Of a DNA stretch of 53,494 nucleotides, positions 1 to 13,351 are shown one piece after another (within the stretch, counting starts at the first letter, position 1; every line of letters begins with the position of its first letter). The notes under the pieces are model-generated. The model saw only the letters and a list, made by a program, of their open reading frames with translations, was not told the origin of the DNA and made no database searches. Source of the DNA: Octopus bimaculoides (taxonomy: Eukaryota). The stretch spans positions 58,094,247-58,147,740 of the forward strand of contig NC_068993.1 in NCBI RefSeq assembly GCF_001194135.2. The letters are read 5' to 3'. Both the position numbers and the translations under genes were made by a program.

Positions 1-305
1 GTAAGCCTAGTACTTATTCTATCCGTCTCTTTTTGCCGAACCTCTAAGTTACGGGGGACGTAAACACACCAGCATCGGTTGTCAAGCGATGTTGGGGGAC
101 AAACACAGACACACACACACACATATATATATACGTATATACGACGGACGTCTTTCAGTTTCCGTCTACCAAATCCATTCACAAGGCTTTGGTCGGCCCG
201 AGGCTATAGTAGAAGACACTTGCCCACGGTACCACGCAGTGGAACTGAACCCGGAGGCATGTGGTTGGTAAGGAAGCTACTTACCACACAGCCACTCCTG
301 CGCCT
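1..305 (-). mobile_element. tRNA-derived SINE, family A (3' end runs off the window)
   Basis: Minus strand starts AGGCGCAGGAGTGGCTGTGTGGTAAG (A-box-like TGGCTGTGTGG), then B-box-like GGTTCAGTTCC, CORE-like GTGGGCAAGTGTCTTCT and an internal (TA)/(TG) tract. The 3' body recurs at 19409-19572 and elsewhere. Confidence 0.85.
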
Positions 306-889
306 ATGCAATTAATTCCTTTGTATAACGTTTTATCCTGTGTGGTTTTATATTTGTGGATCATGCATGCATTATTTTTTATATGATTTCGATTAATTCT
401 CCCAATGCGAAACTAAGTAAACAGACTCATTACGTTCCAAGTGCTGTTGCACATTTTGGAATTTCTCTGAATGCACTTCAAGCTCTTCGTATTTTTATAT
501 TGTATCTCACTGTTGTACAATGTTTTATAATGCTGTCTAATCTCCGATCTTTGAATATTTATTTGAGATAATGTGACAGAGGGCATGGTTATTTTGATTG
601 TGTATTTTTACTCTTGTATAGATATTTCTGAGGTAAAGTCTCTTCCAACGTAGAAGAATAAGAAGCTTCTCTTTATGTGTTTAACGCCGTAATTAGTTTA
701 TTCAGCTCAAATTTTAATTGGTTAGTATTATCTTACTGAATCCTTATGAATTTATTTTTGTTGTTAAGTAAATTGCAGATTATTCCTGTATGTTCGTCTT
801 TATCCATGATTACGAATATATAACTTCTTTCCACGCCTGTATGGTTCTCTGTCTGTCTCTCTGTCTCTCTGTGCCTATGTCTCCCTCCG

Positions 890-925
<36 letters not shown>

Positions 926-1244
926 ACACACANNNNNNNNNNNNNNNNNNNNNNNNNNNNNNNNNNNNNNNNNNNNNNNNCACACTATATATATATATAT
1001 ATATATATCGGTCTCTATCTAACACATAATATCGCTTTCGTTCTTCAGTTGTTGCTCTTTTAAAGCCCGCAGCGTTTTCTGACTGTTTATAATATTGGAA
1101 TATACTTTGAATAAATTCACCTCGGACTAGAAATCTGTTGTCTATTCTTATAGTGCTTTAAATTTACAAGAAACTAGGATAATACCTTGAGGATGCAGGA
1201 TATTATACTACTCTCGGAGAAATATTTTACAAATTTGACAATTA

Positions 1245-1528
1245 TTTTGGCATTGCTCGATATCGCACTCATCTTTGCAAACTATTGCAATGTGATTTAG
1301 AAAAAAAAAACAGTTTCTTAATTGTGAAAAGGTTAAAACGATTTTGAGTGTCTCTTCGAAACCTGAGAAATTTTACACCCGATGTATCAACAATTTGCTA
1401 AATGGATGGGATTATATCACCAATAATGAGACAAATATTGTCTTAATTTAATATATCAATTAAGACCAAAGAAGTATTTGTTTATTTCCCATCTTGAAAT
1501 ATGACAGGACGTTCTTTACAACTTAATA
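1245..1528 (+). mobile_element. Decayed mariner transposon: transposase C-terminus plus right TIR remnant
   Basis: With one frameshift in the A10 run it reads IARYRTHLCKLLQCDLEKK/QFLNCEKVKTILSVSSKPEKFYTRCINNLLNGWDYITNNETNIVLI*. This aligns by eye to the mariner pattern LAPSDYHLF..LQ..L.GKKF.N.EEVK....FF.SKP..FY..GI..L..RW..VI.N.G.Y. It ends CAACTTAA|TA (1519-1528), like mariner ...CAACCTAA|TA. Confidence 0.65.
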
Positions 1529-2221
1529 GATTTATATTAAATATTTCTCGTTATGTAAATATAAGCGTTCACCAATATATTCCTTTCAGTTTCCTTCTCC
1601 ACTCGCTCCCTTTCTATATATCTTTATACACACAGACACACAGACATACACACAAACACAAACACACACACACACACACAAGTATATACAGTCACCCATA
1701 TATTTGTATACATACATAAGCACATAAACATATATATACACCCATATACTTATTTTAGAGAATCTGAAGGATATGTAACCTACTGCCTAAATACCAATAT
1801 TGAGAAATTAGGCTTTCAAAACCAGAAAGAAGAAAGCTAATTCGAAGATAACAGATCCAGTCCATCACCAACTGGAAACATCTCTAAAATTTTCCAGAAG
1901 TTTATCATTTAAATATATATGAGCATGTCTAGATATGAAACTATATGCATGAGAATATATACATAAAACATACAAATCAGCACCTACGTACATACATACA
2001 TACATACATACATACATACATACATACAAAATTATCCTGATTTGATGTTGAAATTCCAATAATGGGGCCTTGGATCTAGGTTAGAAAACGGTTCTTTCTC
2101 TAAAGAAAAAAATTCTTGAAATAAACTGAATAATAAAACACACACGTACATACACACACACATATATATATATACACGCACACATATAACTTACGTATAT
2201 ATATATATGTATATGCACATT

Positions 2222-2293
2222 CATATATAGGTACATATGTATATACATATATAGGTACATATGTATATACATATATAGGTACATATGTATATA
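2222..2293. repeat. 24-bp minisatellite, 3 copies
   Basis: CATATATAGGTACATATGTATATA x3, read directly. Confidence 0.9.
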
Positions 2294-2945
2294 TAAATAC
2301 ACGTGTGCAGGAATGTGTATCTGTGCGTGAATGTATGTGTGTGTGTGTGTTCAGTCGAACACTCCACTGCCACGGTCAGCTGCACATCATTGTCTTGCCA
2401 ACGCCCACTTTTACATTAATCAATACGATGACATACCCGTAGACAATCGGTGTTTGTCCAAGTTAATCAACTACTATACGTAATTAAGAAAATGGTTTTC
2501 TGGTTTCTAGACTTTATGTGAGATAAAATGCTTGCTGCTTGTGGTGGTCGTTGAGTTCCGGTGAAGAAAGCTGCAAACCTGAGAAAATGTGAAGATGTGA
2601 AGATGTGGCGTTGAATATGAAGCATTAGATGGTTATGACATGTGTTCGCTACTGAAATCAATATTTCATCATGTTATGGATGTTTATAAACTGTAAACGT
2701 CACCATTAATCTGGGATGATTTGACAGAGAAAATCACGTTCGACAAATTCACACACGCAAGTGCACACACATACACACACACACACACACGCACACATGA
2801 GCATTCAGACAAATATACACGCATATAAATACACATAAACACATAGATATTCATACACGTCGCTTCTTTCATATGAACTCCATATTTGGTTGCGAATACC
2901 TGTTAAAATAAAAACCACATATGAATACTTGTATGTACGTACGTA

Positions 2946-2998
<53 letters not shown>

Positions 2999-3699
2999 GT
3001 GTGTATTATGTAAGTACATATGTTTCAACATATGTATGTATATATTAGTATACATGTCATTGCAGCACCAATCTGTATATCTTGGCCTATATATGTGTGT
3101 ACATGTACGCCATCTCTTCTGCGTTTATACACAAGTATATGTAAATACTGCAGGCTAAATTCCTTGAATATTTTACATATTGTTACAATTTCATAATGGC
3201 TTGTAATTATAATTTCGTAGCCAAGTTATTTTCGCCTTTGTGAAGCCCAATCTCTCAAGATTGTTACTGAGGCAATAAATTATCATACCTAGAGTCTTAA
3301 TAATGAAAGGTATAAATCTAATGCTATATAGCTTTGGTGTAATTACTCTCGATTACTAATTAGTTCGATACAAATGTTTTCCTTTTACGTTCAATTTTAC
3401 GCTAAACGTCGGCTGTACAAACAATTTCTATTGCAGTGTGCGTTTTGGCCCTGGTCTTTGCATTGCGTCTGTTTTGCCTACACCGCACTAATGTCTTAAC
3501 AAAGACAGTCTTACAAAATTCGTTTATATTATAAATGAGTAACAGTAAAGTATTGTAACATCTTATGTCTCAGCACTTTCCTTTCTATGAAATCCAGTTA
3601 ATAATCCGTGTTTTGCCAGTGGTGAATTTACCTTCAAAGGGGAGACAACATCTTCGAGGTTGAATTCTATTACATTTGAGAATATCGTTTGTCTTTAAT

Positions 3700-3734
3700 T
3701 TTTTACTTGTTTCAGTCATTAGACTGCAGCCATA
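3700..3734 (-). mobile_element. SINE-A 3' end fragment, cut by (TA)n and a gap
   Basis: TTTTACTTGTTTCAGTCATT.GAC shared with 19409-19434. Confidence 0.55.
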
Positions 3735-3759
3735 TATATATATATATANNNNNNNNNNT

Positions 3760-3962
3760 AGAAGACACCCACCTCCGAGGTCATGCGCTGTTTATCTTGA
3801 TATGAGATCACCATGTCACGCACATATGGTTGTGATGCATGCGCCTGGTGTACCCTTATCAGACGGGTAGTCATGATGGGTATACTGGGCTTCGTATATT
3901 TTACCCCAGTCTCACTTTGATGGTATTCACTGCTCTCTCACTCAATAATGATAATAATAATA
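3760..3962 (+). mobile_element. Probable 3' fragment of a non-LTR retroelement
   Basis: Complex, GC-richer block ending in an (AAT)n-like tail (CAATAATGATAATAATAATAAC). Family not identifiable from the sequence alone. Confidence 0.3.
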
Positions 3963-4079
3963 ACCTCAACTTACACTTATCGCTGGTGTATGCCAGATAA
4001 AAATAATTCTAAATATAAATATTTTAAGCAAGTAATCACTCTTGGAAAATTTTGTCAATATATTTCGCATAAAACTATT

Positions 4080-4087
4080 TACTACTG

Positions 4088-4144
<57 letters not shown>

Positions 4145-4151
4145 TTGCTGC

Positions 4152-4182
<31 letters not shown>
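4080..4182. repeat. (CTA)n grading into (CTG)n
   Basis: Read directly. Confidence 0.95.
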
Positions 4183-4284
4183 AGACTTTCAAATAGTACT
4201 CTAGTTTAAGACACCTCTCTCCATGATTTCCCACGGGAGATACATGTCTTACATGTTAATCTTCTTCTTATAGCTACTGCTTCT

Positions 4285-4307
4285 TAAACTACTACTACTA
4301 CTACTAG

Positions 4308-4339
<32 letters not shown>

Positions 4340-4365
4340 ATACTAATACTAATACTACTACTGCT
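4285..4365. repeat. (CTA)n microsatellite
   Basis: Read directly. Confidence 0.95.
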
Positions 4366-4450
4366 AATCCTGGTAGCAGTATTGCTGCTGCTTTTGTTGT
4401 AACTGATGTTGCTCTTGCTTACACCACTGCTTTTGTTGCAGCTGACAATT

Positions 4451-4545
4451 ATGATGATGATGACGATGACGACGACGATGATGATAATGATGATGATGAT
4501 GATGATAGTGATGATGATGACGATGAAGAGGAGGAGGATGTTGAA

Positions 4546-4578
<33 letters not shown>
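4451..4578. repeat. (GAT)n microsatellite with GAC/GAG variants
   Basis: Read directly. Confidence 0.95.
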
Positions 4579-4902
4579 CACTCAAGCCCCTCGTCATTAA
4601 CAGTAAACAAACAATCAATACAGCACTACCATCATCACCATTACCATCACCGTCAACGATACCAGCCTCACATGCAGCAGCAACAGCAGCACCACCACCA
4701 GCAGCATTCCGGCATCAACTGCACAACAAAGACAGCACCATAACCACAGCACCACCAACACCATCGCCACCACCGCCATCAACCTTTTCACTCTAGCAGC
4801 ATCTGACGAACACACTCAACGCCACTGTCTTCATCGCTATTACGAAAACCAACGCCAACACCAACATTATCATCACCACCGCACATCGCTGTCGCTGTCT
4901 TG

Positions 4903-4934
<32 letters not shown>

Positions 4935-5232
4935 CATCCATCATCATCATCCTCATCCTCATCATCATCATCATCATCATCATCATCACCATCACCATCA
5001 CCATCATCATCACCATCACCATCATCATCATCATCATCATCATCATCATTACTATCATCATCATCGTCATTATCATGATCATCATCATCATCATCATCAT
5101 TATCATCATCATCATCATCATCATCATCACCATCACCATCACCATCATCATCACCATCACCATCACCATCATCGTCATCATCATCATCATCATTACTATC
5201 ATCATCATCGTCATCATCACCATCACCATCAC

Positions 5233-5273
<41 letters not shown>

Positions 5274-5334
5274 ACATCCTCATCATCATCCTCATCATCA
5301 CCACCATCATCATCATCATCATCATCACCATCAC

Positions 5335-5376
<42 letters not shown>

Positions 5377-5530
5377 GGTCCTCCTCCTCCTCCTCATCAT
5401 CATCATCATCAACTTCATAATCCTCATGATCATAATTCTCATGATCATCATGATCATCGTTATCATTCTCCTGCTCATCTTTCTCATCGTCATCTATATC
5501 ATCATCTTCCTTGTCATCATCATCATCATC
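4903..5530. repeat. Long imperfect (CAT)n array with CAC/CCT/CGT variants
   Basis: Read directly; source of the poly-H/I/S and poly-D/M ORFs. Confidence 0.95.
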
Positions 5531-6465
5531 ATCGCCAGCATCATCATCACCTTCCCCGTCAGCATCTTCCTCATCACCAACATCATCTTCCTCGTCATCA
5601 GCAAATCCAATCCGCATCCTCATCGCCGTATCCATCACCACTCCCACAATCATAAACATCGTCACCGCCGTCGACTTCCCTGTCGCGTCGTCGTCGTCAT
5701 CTTCATACCGTCATCGCCAAAGTCGCCGTGTTTTATCGTCATCGACGCCGCCCTCGTTATCGTCACAATCAAACCGCTGCATTCGTCACGATATTCCTCC
5801 ATTCATCCCTCTCTCTTTATACCACCAACTGTTACTCGGGTTTCTTTTTCTTCTATATATTTACTTCCTCCCTTTCGCATCTTCCTACCTCTTCTTATGC
5901 AATAACTACTTAACGTTTCTTTTCCCCCAGATCCGTCCCATCTCCACCGCCTCTTCATTCACCCACTTCACTTTTACATTCATCACGGTTTTTTTCTTTC
6001 GCCCATACATCATTTTCTTTTTCACACACACACACACANNNNNNNNNNNNNNNNNNNNNNNNNNNNNNNNNNNNNNNNNNNNNNNNNNNNNNNNNNNNNN
6101 NNNNNNNNNNNNNNNNNNNNNNNNNNNNNNNNNNNNNNNNNNNNNNNNNNNNNNNNNNNNNNNNNNNNNNNNNNNNNNNNNNNNNNNNNNNNNNNNNNNN
6201 NNNNNNNNNNNNNNNNNNNNNNNNNNNNNNNNNNNNNNNNNNNNNNNNNNNNNNNNNNNNNNNNNNNNNNNNNNNNNNNNNNNNNNNNNNNNNNNNNNNN
6301 NNNNNNNNNNNNNNNNNNNNNNNNNNNNNNNNNNNNNNNNNNNNNNNNNNNNNNNNNNNNNNNNNNNNNNNNNNNNNNNNNNNNNNNNNNNNNNNNNNNN
6401 NNNNNNNNNNNNNNNNNNNNNNNNNNNNNNNNNNNNNNNNNNNNNNNNNNNNNNNNNNNNNNNNN

Positions 6466-6498
<33 letters not shown>

Positions 6499-6749
6499 GC
6501 ATATATATTTATATATATATACATAGAGGTAGGTGTATCTATAAAATATCTAGATAGTCGTATGTAGATGTAAATGTAGATGTATTCATGTATATATCTT
6601 AGTGCATACAGATGCGTAAATATATTTTTAAAAATATGTAAAAACAACGAAGACGTATATGATTGTGTGTGTGCGTGCGCGCGTGTGTGTATACATATAT
6701 TCATATTTGTGTGAGTGTGTGAGCGTGTGCTTTTGCACANNNNNNNNNN

Positions 6750-6822
<73 letters not shown>

Positions 6823-7210
6823 GTTTATATGTATGTACATATATAAATCCATACCTATAGATATATATGTATAAACATATATATGCGTGTATATATATGT
6901 AAATATATATATATATATATATACCTTTTATGTATGCATATATATATACATATATATTTGTATGTGTTAGTGTATGTATGCATGTATGTATATCAATGTA
7001 TATCTGCATATTTACATACACTTCCATATCTATTCCAGACAGCTGTAGGTCTCGAAAATATTGATAACAGACATCTATAACACGCTAAAATATAGAGACG
7101 TCTATGATATTTTATCTTTAGTTTTTTGGGGGGTTTTTTCACGTTTCTGTCGTTGGACTGCGGCTATAATAAGGTTGTATTTGACGATGTCGACTGTATA
7201 TCTGTTCATA

Positions 7211-7362
7211 TTCTTCTCTACTCTATGTACAAGGCTCGAAATTTTGGGGAAGGGAGCCAGTCGGTTAGCTGGTACTTAATTTTATCGATCCCGAAAGAAT
7301 GAAAGGCAAAGTTGACCTCGGCAGAATTTGAACTCAGAACGTAAAGACAGACGAAATACCGC
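7211..7362 (-). mobile_element. SINE family B, 5'-truncated
   Basis: Plus strand GAAAGAATGAAAGGCAAAGTTGACCTCGGCAGAATTTGAACTCAG; on minus this is B-box GAGTTCAAATT followed by the GCCTTTCAT.CTTTCGGG.TCGATAAA central domain shared by >10 copies here. Confidence 0.85.
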
Positions 7363-7713
7363 ACTCAGTTCATATTTGAAGACAAATGCTTAAATCGGTA
7401 TCTATTTATTCGTCTGCTACTGTACATTTTTCACACGAAGTTACTCGACTGGACTCTACACATGGGTTTCACCAATCATCGTAAACATAATAACATGCCA
7501 GCACATGCAAGTATTATATATACGCAGACATGATGGCTGTAAACGCGTGTTCGAGTATTCTCATCACCTAAACAAAATTCCCACACACACGACTCTAGTC
7601 AACGACCAGCGATTTTAGTGAGAGATCTTAATTTTTCAAGCGTGCTTGTGCATCATAAGATTCTTTTATAGTGGGGGAAGGATTTACGCAGATCCAAATC
7701 CACTCTTTGACCA

Positions 7714-8044
7714 TTTATTTTATATTTTTTATGCGCCCTTTTCAAGCCTAGCCAGGCTCATGGGCCCGATTTTTCGGTTTCTATGGCGTATGTGTTTCCT
7801 CCCCCCCCCCCCCAGCTGGACGGGACGCCAGTCCATCGCAGCGTTACTGAAGAAACAGGAAGAAAGAGTGAGAGAAAGCTGGGGCGAAAGAGTACAACAG
7901 GGGTCGCCACCTCCCCCTGCCGGATCTTCGTAGAGCTTTAGGTGTTTTCGCTCAATAAACACGCACAACGCCCAGTCTGGGAATCGAAACCACGATCCTC
8001 TGACTGCGTGCCCGCTGCCCTAACCACTGGGCCATTGCGCCTCC
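7714..8044 (-). mobile_element. Full-length SINE family C with V-domain-like segment and A-rich tail
   Basis: Minus strand: GGAGGCGCAATGGCCCAGTGGTTAGGGCAGC (A box), GGTTTCGATTCC (B box), body, CTGCGATGGACTGGCGTCCCGTCCAG (7814-7841, resembling the V-SINE domain as I recall it), tail AAAAAATATAAAATAAA. Confidence 0.85.
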
Positions 8045-8900
8045 ACACTCTTTGAACATGGGCATCATAAACTCGAAAAGAACTAGTCTACATCATCGAA
8101 TATTAGGTATGAACCAGGTTTCCTCTCAAAGTTTCACCTCTCCCAGAGAGATGTTGTGACAAGAACAGAGGGGGGGGCTGCAGTGGGCCAATCGCGCGCC
8201 TGGACACCAGCCCATCTGTTTCCACGTCACCGTGCATGCATACAAGCGTACATACATATGTACACAAATTGTTGGATGTCCGTTGACTGCTCATGAGCTC
8301 TTCCACCCTTTAAGAGGTCTTATTGTTCGTCCTGGAGTGAGTCCAAAATTCACTCCTCACCAAGCCAGCTAGATGGCGTTGCCAGTTTAGTCACCGACGA
8401 CCCGACCATGCAACAGGTTGTACAGGGTTACATGCTACTAGTAGCGCGCAGGAGCGACATACGCAGACACATACACTCATATACATACGCATCATATACA
8501 CATGTACACGCAGACATACGTACACATATACACACACATACACACATATATCCACATATATATATTTATATATATATATCTATATACGTTTATATGTATG
8601 TCATGTACTGTCAATGGATGTAAATTCCTCAATTGAGGAAATTCACTATCGGCGGACGTTTTTGATGTGATATTTATAAGGTACTTAAGGAAAACATCTG
8701 TTACTTAAGTTTCATTTTAACAATTCTATTTGTTAAGTGCTTTATAAATATCATATCAAAATCTACAATCGATATTATATCCCCTGTACTCCGCCAATGT
8801 ACACCCAGTCACCTTACACACAAAGAAACACATATACTCATGTCCATAGACACCTATGCACAGACACAAATATGCGCACACACACATGTACACATCTATG

Positions 8901-8902
<2 letters not shown>

Positions 8903-8970
<68 letters not shown>
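8903..8970. repeat. (AAT)n microsatellite
   Basis: Read directly. Confidence 0.95.
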
Positions 8971-8973
<3 letters not shown>

Positions 8974-9321
8974 GGAAATGGATTGAACGATCTATATCAA
9001 CTATCACTAAAATTGTTTCAACCCTTCATTACCAGTTGTTCGTTGTTGGATGTTACATATATCATAAATAAAACTGCGTTAATTAATATCACTCAACAAT
9101 AGTGGAATATGCATCAGGTGAGTAATGTATAAGATTCTGTGTAACATTTACCAATGAATAACTGGAAATGATGTGTTGAAACAATTGTAGTGATATGTAA
9201 TAAAGCCTGTTCAATCTATCTTTTATTCATGCTTTCGTATTTACGGATTTCCACATGTAGACTCAGAGACAGAAGTCCCGCTGTGTAATAGCCACACAGA
9301 GAAAAACACACACACACCAAG

Positions 9322-9323
<2 letters not shown>

Positions 9324-9401
<78 letters not shown>

Positions 9402-9432
9402 TCACATATATATATATATATATATATATATA
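9324..9432. repeat. (CA)n-(TA)n compound microsatellite (one example of very many in the window)
   Basis: Read directly. Confidence 0.95.
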
Positions 9433-9968
9433 GTAAATATTCTGAAATAGATCTGTAATATTCTTAAGAACGAGTCTTAACAATATTTACTTTGATCTAA
9501 TGTAACCCTAAATATTGGGGTTTTGCACAGATATCAACAACAGTTTTACAACCTATTCGATCTCATGTCTTGATAGCTTCAAGATTTAATAGGTATTTAC
9601 TGAGCCATACAACCTCAACTAAAGAGAACATGTGTCGTCTATTTATTAGTTCCTGTTAATCGATTATCAATTCGTGTTTATGTATAGACAAAGGAAAACA
9701 TAACTCATTGAGAGCTTCATGATCAGAGAACATTGAAACTTCCGGTTTGTGTCTCTTAAACAAATTTCACTTTTGAAGTGCATTATGCCTTCACACACAG
9801 ACGCACAAATGTATGTATATCCCACACACGCCATGTATCAACATATATGCATCTATTTGTATCTACACATACATATGCATACGTTACATGTATATATANN
9901 NNNNNNNNNNNNNNNNNNNNNNNNNNNNNNNNNNNNNNNNNNNNNNNNNNNNNNNNNNNNNNNNNNNN

Positions 9969-10053
<85 letters not shown>

Positions 10054-11942
10054 TGTGGTTAGAGTAATAAGCAAGAGAGGGAACCTTCAAAACATGAAGT
10101 AGAGATTATTAATTTGATGATTTCCTTGGAAAATACTCAGATTTTCCTGTGTGCTACGAGTTGTCACGCGACAAAATACGCACGCGCATGCAAACACACA
10201 GACATGTTTATGATACAGGGTTGTTGTTGATTATACTAGCAATAAACGAGAAACATCAATAATGCACTCAGCAAACTGGAGAAAGCAATGGTTTATTAGG
10301 TAGTAGAACAATCTAATATATTTATTAAAGCTGAAAAATCGAGGTACAAAGTTGCCATTATATATTATGAGCAAATATGAGGCTAAGTTAATTTAGAATG
10401 TAAACAGAAAAGAAAGAAGGTGAAGTTATATAGTCATAAAGTATTATGAAGTGAAAATGAGAGCGTAGGTTTAAGATTTATACAATACTGGAAGCGAACG
10501 TAACTAGAAATGAAGGAGCATAATCGAAATTACTTCAGCTTGTTCACATATTAAAAGAAATCAGTGAGTGAAGTATTTTATATGATTTCGAATGTGCCTT
10601 ACAAATTTAAGAGCAAAGTGTTCTGATGAATTTAAAGTAATACGTGTACAACGTTCTCTAAAAATTTACATGTCTGGTATTTCGAATTAGTGAATGAATA
10701 CGTATAGATGAAACCATGTCTGTGATGAGAGCCTGAGAAAAATTAAAGAGGTTATTATAGTTGAATTGGAAATAATTACTGAATAATGACGAAAAGAAAT
10801 CTAATTTTTGAAATCTTAATTAAACCGACGTGCATAATATTTATCGTGTGTATAGAATTGGGGAACGCCTTTAGGTGTAATTTGTCGTTTTAGAAAGGTC
10901 TGAAAGAGTTTTGTATGTTATGAAGAAATGGCTAGACATGGTGTTTCGGACAGAATTTCTCTCCTTGGTGAAAAATACTCCGGACATTTAATTTAATTCT
11001 TGCCTGGTTAGCATTCGCTCATAACTGTAGATGTTTTGTTTATAGATTTCCATATCGAAACAGGTATTTTCAGCTTATCTCAAAACAGCCTGCATATTCA
11101 TCACTGAAGGGAACAAATCACGCCGAAACAGGAATTTTTTGCAAACCCACCTGTGATATGAACGACGCCTTGTGTTTTTAACACGCAAGTCTCTTCGTGA
11201 AGTTTCTCTGGCATACGTCATAACAGAAAATGTACTTTCCTTTGCTTATTATGCATATTATAAATGGTACACAGACCGGTGTTTAAATAACGGTTGTTTC
11301 CGGCTTATTTACATTATTGGGTTAGAAGAAAACAAAACACCTTCGGACGTAGTATCAAAAATGAGATAGCTCCTCAATTTTGTACGCTGACATTTCGACT
11401 GATCAATAGCAATAATTACATACATATAAAACTATATGAATGTGTTACTTTGAGAGGAATAAATACGGACATTCCAAATGATAGCTGACGAAGATATAGA
11501 TAGTTAATTTAGTAATGCTACCATAGTCAACTAATGATTACTTCACTGAAATTACAACTCGTTAAAAGTGTTACGAATTATTTACGATCAGTACAATTTT
11601 GAATAATAAAACAATTTACGTGGAGTGCAATACATTATACAGACTAAGTGCATTCCAGACGTTTTGAGACATTTTCAGGAACGATAGTCATTAATCTCAA
11701 ACAAGTACAGGTTTGACAATAATTCTTAAATTTTTGGCATTTTTTTTCCTTTGTTTCTTGTCATGAAAATAACACAATATGCATTAAGCACTTGTCTTTC
11801 TGTATGCTAAAGTTTTCTAGAAATGTCCCTTTATCATTTTCGAAGATACTAAAGTATGAAATATTTTCTTAATCGTAAATAAAATTTGTTTATCTTGTTT
11901 TATTTGGAAATCTATTTGGTTAAAGCTAGCGTAGGTCATCCG

Positions 11943-12024
11943 CAGTTGCGTATTGGGTTCAATCTAAACGACTGGCCACCTTCCCCAGAATTTCGGGCCT
12001 TTTGCATAGACTAGAAAAGGATAT
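11943..12024 (+). mobile_element. SINE-B 3' half
   Basis: CAGTTGCGTATTGGGTTCAATCTAAACGACTGGC...AATTTCGGGCCTT is the reverse complement of the matching part of 36304-36380. Confidence 0.75.
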
Positions 12025-12341
12025 TTCACTTCCCCCTTTTAATCTGCTACCCACCATTATACAGAAAGAGCTTTCAAGCAGTACACATGGACTCTTCTTT
12101 CATCAATGTAACCAAGATGTGTGTCAGTGACTTTCAGACATTACTCAACAAAGTATAGATGCTAACATACTTCAATATTAATGTTTCCAGGTACGGAAAT
12201 ACCGAACGAACGTTGTAAAATATATATGCAATCAGGTCTTTAATCTATTTAATCAAAAAAGATTTAAATTTATATGAATGTTCCCTCCAAGAAATGCAAC
12301 GCAAAATCCCGGTTTAACGATAAACTGCTCCGTGTGTGTAT

Positions 12342-12376
<35 letters not shown>

Positions 12377-12484
12377 TGTGTATATGTGTGTGAGAGAGAG
12401 AGGGAGATTGTGTGTGTATGTGTGTATGTGTTTGCGTGTCTGTACAGCAGTGTAAGTGTATGAGCTTGTGTGTATGTGCGGCTG

Positions 12485-12544
<60 letters not shown>

Positions 12545-12608
12545 TGTGCGTACACTTGGATTTATATATTAACCAATCTCTATCTCTGAGCCTGTACACA
12601 CACACACA

Positions 12609-12647
<39 letters not shown>

Positions 12648-13261
12648 CCACACACACATATATATATACAGTTACACATGTATATATACGTTTGTGCATG
12701 TGTGTGTGTCTTTCTATATGTGCATATATACATGTATAAATAGATAGATATATAGATATACCTCAATATATATATATATATATATATAGATACATATATA
12801 TATATACACACACATACAGATAAACATATATACGTCTTTAAGCATTTATATATCCACACATAAGTGCATATATGTACATATTTATATGTGTGCGTTTGTG
12901 TTTGTGTTTGTACACAAAGTGGGAGAGAACAAGATATAAAGACCACGGAAAGGGATACATATGTTAAAATAGATTATAGAACATGATATGATGATACAGA
13001 TATGGATCAGTGTTTTATTTAATGTTCATCAATTGTTATAGCGACCTATATTAGATTTAAATAAGAACGATGTATATGAAAATTTAAAACCTATAATCCA
13101 AATTCTCCTTTAATTAAGGAAATAAAAACACTTAATCCGCTAAGATCCGATGTATATTCTGCTGAAGTAGAAGAACATAATAGCATTTAATCCGTTCAAA
13201 ACCCCTCTGAACATACATTTGTATGTATAAGCATGATTACTGAGTATACCTTTATTCGTGC

Positions 13262-13351
<90 letters not shown>

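Noticed and set aside
4249-5905. Long poly-His, poly-Asp, poly-Met, poly-Ile and poly-Ser ORFs (up to 276 aa), tempting as His-rich beak or acidic biomineral proteins
   Set aside because: CAT/GAT triplet arrays are stop-poor in most frames on both strands. There is no signal peptide, splice support or Gly/His motif structure.
7960-8044. tRNA-gene-like heads (also 240-305, 28175-28237, 36440-36518, 39950-40016)
   Set aside because: A/B boxes are present but there is no complete cloverleaf or oligo-T terminator, and each continues into a repeat body.
9103-9117. Possible 15-nt microexon with strong donor CAG|GTGAGT
   Set aside because: The acceptor lacks a polypyrimidine tract; at chance level.
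10740-10985. MKKWLD-containing stretch reminiscent of mariner
   Set aside because: Only a short match; flanking motifs could not be recovered in any frame.
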